6,226 nucleotides of DNA from Octopus sinensis (lineage: Eukaryota), in NCBI RefSeq assembly GCF_006345805.1, contig NW_021829364.1, forward strand, positions 1 through 6,226, given 5' to 3'. Made by a program: the position numbers and the translations under genes. This document shows positions 1 to 5,937 of the stretch, piece after piece (the stretch's first letter is position 1; every line of letters starts with the position of its first letter). Under the pieces are notes generated by a model. The model saw only the letters and a program-made list of their open reading frames with translations. It ran no database searches and had not been told where the DNA came from.

Positions 1-95
1 TGTCTCTAATTAATATAATTAATATTTTACTATAAATTGGATTCATTCTAATCTGATTTTCCCTGTAATTTGGATTTATTCCCTAATTTTATTAT

Positions 96-102
<7 letters not shown>

Positions 103-140
<38 letters not shown>

Positions 141-208
141 CATACATGCATATATGCATACATACATGCATACGTGAGTACTTACGTACGTACATACATA
201 TGCATATA
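103..208. repeat. (TA)17 microsatellite followed by degenerate TACA/TGCA repeats
   Basis: Pure TA run at 103-136, then catacatgcatatatgcatacatacatgca... to 208. Confidence 0.95.
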
Positions 209-221
209 AGATAAATGTGTA

Positions 222-245
222 CATGGTGAGGAAGCAAAACTTGTA
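222..245 (+). repeat. Left TIR of Tc1/mariner element
   Basis: Reverse complement tacaagttttgcttcctcaccatg aligns to 1506-1528; preceded by TA. Confidence 0.8.
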
Positions 246-367
246 TTAACTTTTACTCTAATATTTCACAGACTCCACTGTACCAAATGATATGAAATCT
301 AACGCAGTGCAAGGAATACATTATCGGCAAATGATAAACCCTTTTTTTTTCAGGAATATCGGAGAAT

Positions 368-977
368 ATTTCTGCACGAGAAGACAAACGCTAGAAGGTA
401 TGTGATTTGGTTAGTTCAGTAGACGATCCGATACTTGCGCTCAGTTTATAAAAAAATGGACAAGGGTCACGGCATTCAGAGGAACTCTGCAGCGGTGGGA
501 CCAACAAAAGGCATGATCAAAGTCTTCAAGACTTCATTGACACCCCTTATGTCCAAAATATCAATGGACTCTGCCATATCCATAAGGTATCTAGGTTCTG
601 AAATTGAAGTAAACGTCAAGACCATCGGCAGAGCTGTAAATGGTAACTTAGGCCTCAATTACTACCCCAGGACACCGAGGTCCCTGCTGACAGGACATAT
701 GAATCCCGTAGACTGCAGAGGTTCAAAACATTACACACATACATGAAAAAGAAACGGGCCCACTGTGAAAATTTTCTCTAGCGAGATCTTCACAGTGGAT
801 TATGTTGTGACAGAATCGGGTACATTGCGGAATCAACAGCTGACGTCAGAGGCACCTTCAGGATAAAATATCTAACCTAGGTAATGGCCTTCAGTTTCCT
901 TGCCTCCGAGGGAAGAGAGATGCCCGACTACTTCCACAAACCCGAAAAATGTAGGATACTGAGGCCACATGAAATAA
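368..977 (+). pseudogene. Tc1/mariner transposase pseudogene (HTH region, first catalytic motif, C-terminal tip)
   Basis: Frameshifted segments read (ATT, probably ex-ATG) SAREDKR*KVCDL; KKMDKGHGIQRNS..EVNVKTIGRAVNGNLGLNYYPRTPRSLLT (ORF 435-746); KRNGPTVKIFSSEIFTVD (FSDEKIFTVD motif, Asp changed to Ser at 780-782); YIAESTADVRGTFRIKYLT*VMAFSFLASEGREMPDYFHKPEK; then actgaggccacatgaaataa, resembling the terminal EGGHIE*. The second and third Asp region is missing, so the DD37D label rests on N-terminal motif similarity only. Confidence 0.85.
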
Positions 978-998
978 ATTATTCGTTTTGTAATTACA

Positions 999-1197
999 TA
1001 CTCTTTTATTTGCTTCAGTCATTTGACTGTGGCCATGCTGGAGCACCACCTTTTTAGTCGAGCAAATCGACCCCGAGACTAATTCTTTGTAAGCCTAGAA
1101 CTTATTTCTATCGGTCTCTTTTGTCGAACCGCTAAGTTACGGGGACATAAACGCATCAAGTGATGTTGGGGGGACAAACACAGACACACAAACATAT

Positions 1198-1235
<38 letters not shown>

Positions 1236-1431
1236 TATATATATATATATATATATAATATATATACATACATATATACGACGGGTTTCTTTCAGTTTCC
1301 GTCCACCAAATCCACTCACAAGGCTCTGGTCGGCCCGAGGCTATAGTGGAAGACACATGCCCAATTTGCCACGCAGTGGGATTGAACCCGGATCCATGTG
1401 GTTCGTAAGCAAGCTACTTACCACACAGCCA
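999..1431 (-). mobile_element. tRNA-derived CORE-type SINE, copy 1 (about 10 nt shorter at the 5' end than copy 2)
   Basis: On the minus strand: A box TGGCTGTGTGG (1431-1421), B box GGTTCAATCCC (1388-1378), CORE-like ttgggcatgtgtcttccactatagcctcggg, internal microsatellite, and tail ccagcatggccacagtcaaatgactgaagcaaataaaagagta. Colinear with 4474-4906, with small deletions near 1150. No clear TSD. Confidence 0.9.
1199..1278. repeat. Compound (CA)15/(TA)n microsatellite inside SINE copy 1
   Basis: Read directly; same position as the microsatellite in copy 2. Confidence 0.95.
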
Positions 1432-1505
1432 ATGTTATTAACCTAACTTTGATCTACTAAATCTAGTGATGCGGAACGAGAGAGTTTCAACTGTTACAGC
1501 AATTT

Positions 1506-1528
1506 TACAAGTTTTGCCTCCCACTCTG
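1506..1528 (-). repeat. Right TIR of Tc1/mariner element
   Basis: Inverted match to 222-245. Confidence 0.8.
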
Positions 1529-1897
1529 AATGTCTGTATGCGAAATAAACACAGTGTTTCAAGTTTGTGTTTACATATCCATGTTAAATATGTGAAATTT
1601 CCAACTTAAATTTACTCTCACTTAGTCTCAAAGATGAACATTACATTCACGTTATCGATAAAATGATTTACCCAGGATATTTATGTGGAAAAGACTAAAT
1701 ACTCTCCAATGTCTCATAGATGTATTTTTCTTTTAAACGTTAAAGAGAGACACAGAATATCTGTTCTGTTTCATTAAGTCTGGCGAGTGATTAAGATGTT
1801 TTCAGTTAGTCTTTCAATATTCGTTTCAAATTTTGGTACAAGACCAGCAATTTTTGCGGGAGAAGCCAAATACATTCCCTTGAATACCCGAGTGCTT

Positions 1898-2262
1898 CTT
1901 TCTTCTTTCATTCTAACCGCTCAGTCGAAGTCGACTCCCGGCAACCCGCTGGACCAGGGCCCTCCAGTCAGCTCCATCCTAGGCCGCCTCCTTCAGACTG
2001 GCCATGTCCACTCCGGCATCACTCCTTATGGTGTCAAGCCAGCGGGTCCTTGGTCGGCCCCTTCCTCTCTTGCCACTGACCATTCCGAGCATGATGTCTC
2101 TCTCCAGGGACTTCCTCCGCATTATATGACCGAAATATGCCAATCTATGCTTGGTTATCCCAGCCACCAGCGACATCCTCGACCTCATCTGCCTAAGAAC
2201 CTCTCCATTGGTGAGCCTCGCTGGCCATGGAATCCGTAAAAGTCTTCTCGAACACCAAAGCT
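1898..2262 (-). mobile_element. 5'-truncated RTE-clade (BovB-like) LINE, 3' end
   Basis: RTE C-terminal peptide, short aatgaaagaagaaagaag tail after the stop, and a 9-bp TSD cgagtgctt at 1889-1897 and 2263-2271. Confidence 0.92.
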
Positions 2263-2269
2263 CGAGTGC
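1913..2269 (-). pseudogene. C-terminal fragment of RTE ORF (post-RT region), one premature stop
   Basis: Single frame: ALELWCSRRLLRIPWPARLTNGEVLRQMRSRMSLVAGITKHRLAYFGHIMRRKSLERDIMLGMVSGKRGRGRPRTRWLDTIRSDAGVDMASLKEAA*DGADWRALVQRVAGSRLRLSG*. Matches RTE/BovB motifs (ELWCWRRLLR.PWTARR.N, YFGH.MRR, G.RRRGR.R.RWLD). The TAG at 1979-1981 is probably a mutated CAG; the true stop is at 1913-1915. Confidence 0.93.
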
Positions 2270-2443
2270 TTATGTGGTACTTATTTTATCGACCCGAAAG
2301 GAAGAAAAGCAAATTCGACCTCGGTGGAATATGAACTCAGAATGTGAGCACGTACGAAGTGCAGCTAAGATTAATTTCCGGCGTGATGATTCTGAATTTA
2401 TTCTTTCAATATTAATTAATTAGAATTAATATTACAAACAGAA

Positions 2444-2643
2444 CCCCTAACACACGGGGCGAAATGCTTAGCGACATTTCGTCTGTCTTTACATTCTGAG
2501 ATTAAAACCTGCTGAGGTTGACTTTGCGTTTCATCATTTAGGGGTCGATAAAATAAGTCCCGACTGAGCACTGGCGTCGATGTAAGAGATTTGATCCTTT
2601 CCCCGAAATTGCTAGCCTTGTGCCAAAATTGGAAACCAATATT
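2444..2643 (+). mobile_element. SINE family A, copy 2 (5'-truncated)
   Basis: ggggcgaaatgcttagcgacatttcgtctgtctttacattctgag...gactttgcgtttcatcatttaggggtcgataaaataagt...gaaattgctagccttgtgccaaaattggaaaccaatatt. Perfect 16-bp TSD aatattacaaacagaa at 2428-2443 and 2786-2801; the right copy is displaced by the family B insertion. Confidence 0.88.
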
Positions 2644-2783
2644 TATTTCTTTATTGCCCACAAGGGGCTAAACATAGAGAGGACAAACAAGGACAGACAA
2701 ACGGATTAAGTCGATTACATCGACCCTAGTGCGAAACTGGTACTTTTATTTATCGATCCCGAAAGGATGAAAGGCAAAGTCGA
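2644..2783 (-). mobile_element. SINE family B (A-like central domain, different tail), copy 1, 5'-truncated
   Basis: About 90% identical by eye to the reverse complement of 3924-4064. 8-bp TSD ccaatatt at 2636-2643 and 2784-2791. Confidence 0.9.
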
Positions 2784-3852
2784 CCAATATTACAAACAGA
2801 ATTTAGTACATTATTCGCTGAGATGAATCTTGCAGTATTTTTGGGCGGCGATGTCGTCTATCCATTCAGTTGAAATATACGACTTGCCAAAGATTTTATG
2901 AAGTTTCATAAAACTCAGAGCATGGATATTGAATGTTCTTAGTCGTTCCAACTTTACTTTACACATACTTTTTGCATCATAATAGACTCTTAAGCAGGAA
3001 AATCAAAGAAAAGACTTTTGTTCAGTAATATTATTTTCAAGGTGGCGAGTGACAGTTGGCTTGGATTCGTTGAGATTTACTTGCAGTTTCTGCGATCTGA
3101 CATGACACCATGCGTGAATAAATATTGCATTTCATCAATTCCGCATTTCATCAACATATCTCCCGAACGTTCTGCAATCTGAGTTGATACCTCGTGTAAA
3201 TCCAACTATCAGTTTCCTCAAATTTACGTTTCATCAACAAACTCCCAGCCTGTGACAATATTGGCACAAGTGTAAGAGCGTGTAATGAGGTACCATGCAT
3301 ATCTGTTCCGGTTCCTTCCAATTGAAACTCAATTCCACTCCTTTATATTGGCCCCGTCCATATGAACCGCTGCCTCTGAATCTCTATTGATCCCTGAAAA
3401 CTTACCAATCCGTGAAATTGCAATTGCCATATGGAAGCAGAAGTTGAGAGTGGATTTTCATTTCATTGCCTTAGATACAAGGATATCCTACAAAGTACCT
3501 TGACGGTGAAATATCATTTATTTCCACGTTAACAATATTGAATCTAATTCTGATAATTTATCTTATAACCACTACCATACCATGCTATATTACTGAACAT
3601 GGCTATTCTGAAGATGCGGGCGCAAGATTTGTGTGTTGTGTTATTACATCTTTTACACAGAGTAACTGTGTATAGCTCTATTTGTTGGAAACGACTAAAT
3701 ATTTTCTTTCTCAGTCTTTTGGTTATATATACGTCTCTTTTCATCTTCCCATATTGATACTATCCGTAATTTTGAGACAATAGTTTCGAGGTGATATCAA
3801 TGAGTAATTCCTAAAAAAGATGTACAGAAATAGCGAACAGAGAAGATGGAAT

Positions 3853-4235
3853 GTTAACACGAGGGGGCAAAATACTTAGTGGTATTTCTTCTGCCGCTAC
3901 GTTCTGATTTCAAATTCCGCCGAGGTCGACTTTGCCTTTCATCCTTTCGGGGTCGATTAAATAATTACCAGTTACGCACTGGGGTCGATATAATCGACTT
4001 AATCCGTTTGTCTGTCCTTGTTTGTCCTCTCTGTGTTTAGCCCCTTGTGGGTAGTAAAGAAATAGGCATTTCGTCCATCTTTCATTTGTTGGAGCAAACT
4101 CTAGGGACACTGACTTTGGTTTTCATGGTTTTAGAGAGGAAAACATAGGCACCTGTCCAGAAATGGGGTCGCTGTAATCGACTGCCCCTTCTATGTGTAA
4201 TTGCTGACATCATGCTAAAATTTTAATCCTATATT
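3853..4235 (+). mobile_element. Old, diverged SINE family A, copy 3, split by a family B copy
   Basis: 3853-3888 (gttaacacgagggggcaaaatacttagtggtatttc) joins 4073-4235 (gtccatctttc..tgactttggttttcat..tggggtcgctgtaatcgact..aattgctgacatcatgctaaaattttaatcctatatt). The joined sequence is colinear with 2447-2643. Confidence 0.72.
3889..4064 (+). mobile_element. SINE family B, copy 2, inserted in register in family A copy 3
   Basis: B-box region (caaattccgccgagg), central domain gtcgactttgcctttcatcctttcggggtcgat, tail ttaatccgtttgtctgtccttg...aaagaaata. Flanked by ggtatttc (3881-3888) and ggcatttc (4065-4072). Confidence 0.88.
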
Positions 4236-4684
4236 AATGTTTTCTTAATAATCGATGGTTCGTAACAACAACATTTTGAAGAAAATATATAAAATTCGGT
4301 TAAATCCATTTATATTTCTCATCAGTCTCCACTCACATTATTACAAATCAAAAGGCGAGACATTTTGTTTTTCCTTCTACTTATATAGTTTTTCTCATTT
4401 CTTTACTTTTCCTCTTTCAAATTTATTTCTCGTAAATTAAGACATTATATCACGCACGCACACATAGGAACACACTCCCTTTACCCTTTACTCTTTTACT
4501 TGTTTCAGTCATTTGACTGCGGCCATGCTGGAGCACCGCCTTTAGTCGAGCAAATACACCGCGGGACTTATTCTTTGTAAGCCCAGTACTTATTCTATCA
4601 GTCTCTTTTTGCCGAACCGCTAAGTGACGGGGACTTACACACACCAGCATGGGTTGTCAAGCAATACTAGGGAGACAAACATAG

Positions 4685-4696
4685 ACACACACACAC

Positions 4697-4736
<40 letters not shown>

Positions 4737-4743
4737 ATATATA
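4685..4743. repeat. Compound (AC)12/(TA)n microsatellite inside SINE copy 2
   Basis: Read directly. Confidence 0.95.
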
Positions 4744-4842
4744 CGACAGGCTTCTTTCAGTTTCCGTCTACCAAATCCACTCACAAGGCATTGGTTGGCC
4801 CGGGGCTATAGCAGAAGACACTTGCCCAAGATGCCACGCAGT

Positions 4843-4896
4843 GGGACTGAACCCGGAACCATGTGGTTGGTTAGCAAGCTACTTACCACACAGCCA
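4843..4896 (-). promoter_or_regulatory. Internal Pol III type-2 promoter (A and B boxes) of the CORE-SINE
   Basis: A box TGGCTGTGTGG (4896-4886) and B box GGTTCAGTCCC (4853-4843), with tRNA-like spacing. Activity unknown. Confidence 0.7.
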
Positions 4897-5363
4897 CTCC
4901 TGCGCCTATACAAACGCACACATATATACATACTGAGTGGCCCAAAAGTAGCTTAACAGTTAATCAACTATCTCTTTCGCATTCATAAATTAACAGTTTA
5001 GATCTTAATTATAAAAAATAAAATGAAACCATTATTCTATGCTAATTTAGTTAATTCGGATCTTTGCGGTTTGAACGGCAGTTTTTAACATAATTTCTAG
5101 GTAACTAGAAAATTTTCAACTTCGTATACTGGTAGAATATGTTTATAAAACATTTTTTTCTCTTGGCTTTATTGAGAAAATTCTATAGTTTGTAAGATAT
5201 TTGTTGTTTTTTTTTCTTCAATTTCTGCAATTTCAACCAATCAGGGACGTCTATTGAGTTAAAAAGCATTCTGTGCCGTATGAATATATCCCTCGTTTAA
5301 GAAACAGATTGGGTTTATTTACATTTGTGAAGAAAAAAAGATACCCTTCACCCACGTCAAACG

Positions 5364-5400
5364 CTAACCCTAACCCTACCCCTTACTAACCCTAACTCTA
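5364..5400 (+). repeat. Degenerate (CCCTAA)n telomere-like tract inside the MITE
   Basis: ctaaccctaaccctaccccttactaaccctaactcta. Confidence 0.85.
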
Positions 5401-5424
5401 AAAGAGATTGAAATGCAATAGATC

Positions 5425-5479
5425 AATTTTGGGTCATAATTATGGGTGACATAATTTTGGGTCATAATTTGGGTGACAA
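5425..5479 (+). repeat. 28/27-bp tandem duplication, itself made of 13-15-bp sub-repeats
   Basis: aattttgggtcataattatgggtgacat followed by aattttgggtcataatttgggtgacaa. Confidence 0.9.
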
Positions 5480-5874
5480 TTTCATATGACATCGCTAGAA
5501 AAAAACTGCCGTTCAAACCGAAAAGATCCATTAATTCTGTCAAGCTCACTTTTCAGTTTGTAAAATACAGATTTAAATGTAATAAAATGTTTTAAAAGGA
5601 ATTTAAATTACATACGTGATAACTGTAAACCTACATTTGGGCCACCGTGTATATAAGTTTCCATATATCTTGAAATCAGTTAAATTTATATCTATAGGTA
5701 TGCCCATGTCAACGGCCTATCCATATACGAACAAATGCATGTGTATACATGTATATATCTGTGAACTAAATCCATCATCCATCTGACTACCTAGCTATCT
5801 AGCCAATTATCTCAAGCAATGAATATATCGGACCATACACATACATTTGTATATGAGACATTGTACCTTGTGAT

Positions 5875-5937
5875 TATATATATATATAATAATATATATA
5901 TATATATATAATATATATCTAATATATATTAATATAT
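5875..5937. repeat. Interrupted (TA)n microsatellite
   Basis: Read directly. Confidence 0.9.

Larger units (their letters stand above)
222..1528 (+). mobile_element. Decayed, internally deleted Tc1/mariner DNA transposon (maT/DD37D-like), interrupted by a SINE
   Basis: Imperfect TIRs at 222-245 (catggtgaggaagcaaaacttgta) and 1506-1528 (tacaagttttgcctcccactctg), 20/24 match by eye. TA at 220-221; right flank is AA instead of TA. Transposase remnant inside. About 870 bp without the SINE. Confidence 0.85.
1822..2401 (-). mobile_element. tRNA-derived SINE family A, copy 1, split by an RTE insertion
   Basis: Minus strand reads cagaatcatcacgccgg..cttagc..ctgagttcatattccaccgaggtcgaatttgcttttcttcctttcgggtcgataaaataagtacc, then the RTE, then agcactcgggt..aaaattgctggtcttgtaccaaaatttgaaacgaatatt. 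Aligns to 2447-2643. Perfect 12-bp TSD tctttcaatatt at 1810-1821 and 2402-2413. Confidence 0.85.
4474..4906 (-). mobile_element. tRNA-derived CORE-type SINE, copy 2 (full length)
   Basis: Minus strand begins ggcgcaggagtggctgtgtggtaag, with A and B boxes, CORE-like cttgggcaagtgtcttctgctatagccccggg, internal microsatellite, and a 3' tail ending in AGTAAAAG/AGTAAAGG-type short repeats. Confidence 0.93.
5058..5529. mobile_element. 472-bp non-autonomous DNA transposon (MITE) with GG termini and 8-bp TSD; Merlin-like by inference
   Basis: TIRs ggatctttgcggtttgaacggcagttttt (5058-5086) and aaaaactgccgttcaaaccgaaaagatcc (5501-5529), 28/29 match. Flanks gttaattc (5050-5057) and attaattc (5530-5537), 7/8 match. 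The superfamily is inferred only from the ends. Confidence 0.88.
4933..5649. mobile_element. Tc1/mariner-type MITE (about 237 bp net), interrupted by a second MITE
   Basis: 29-bp TIRs ctgagtggcccaaaagtagcttaacagtt (4933-4961) and aactgtaaacctacatttgggccaccgtg (5621-5649), 23/29 match. TA on both sides (4931-4932, 5650-5651). No ORF. Confidence 0.8.

Noticed and set aside
435-746. 103-aa ORF as a functional gene
   Set aside because: TTG start in the middle of a frameshifted transposase with stops on both sides.
1137-1356. ORFs 1137-1319 and 1156-1356 (likewise 4624-4956 and 5807-5992)
   Set aside because: YI/CV/TH runs are translated microsatellites.
1787-2239. 150-aa plus-strand ORF, the longest in the track
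   Set aside because: It is the antisense shadow of the RTE coding fragment plus SINE sequence, and it crosses a TSD junction.
3027-3050. Possible family A SINE head remnant (aatattattttcaaggtggcgag); similar at about 1771-1788
   Set aside because: Under 25 nt and no body follows.
3242-3300. Thrombospondin-like peptide ACDNIGTSVRACNEVPC
   Set aside because: No WxxWxxC motif, short frame bounded by stops, no convincing splice sites.
3245-3515. Plus-strand mariner catalytic remnant (CDN.., LAPS, SLKT..KYLDGE)
   Set aside because: Needs several frameshifts, gives two incompatible motif placements, and has no TIRs. It is no better than the competing minus-strand LINE reading.
3654-3672. Small hairpin tacacag-agtaa-ctgtgta as a Helitron end; also the palindrome at 2894-2913
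   Set aside because: No CTRR terminus or matching 5' end; such stems are expected by chance in AT-rich DNA.
3715-3765. 51-nt in-frame micro-exon after ttttctttctcag
   Set aside because: Weak donor (CC|gtaatt) and no supporting homology.
3881-4072. Retrozyme or circular-RNA origin of the permuted-looking B unit
   Set aside because: I found no hammerhead core (CUGANGA...GAAA with stems); in-register insertion explains the repeat more simply.
2151-4650. ORFs 2151-2423, 2416-2661, 3544-3744, 3910-4110, 4255-4440, 4450-4650
   Set aside because: They lie in SINEs or AT-rich spacer, cross insertion junctions, and show no protein motifs.
4830-4906. tRNA gene (also 1370-1431)
   Set aside because: A and B boxes are present, but these are SINE heads running into CORE sequence, and I could not build a full cloverleaf.
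5364-5400. True telomere or chromosome-fusion scar
   Set aside because: Short, degenerate, and enclosed by MITE TIRs.
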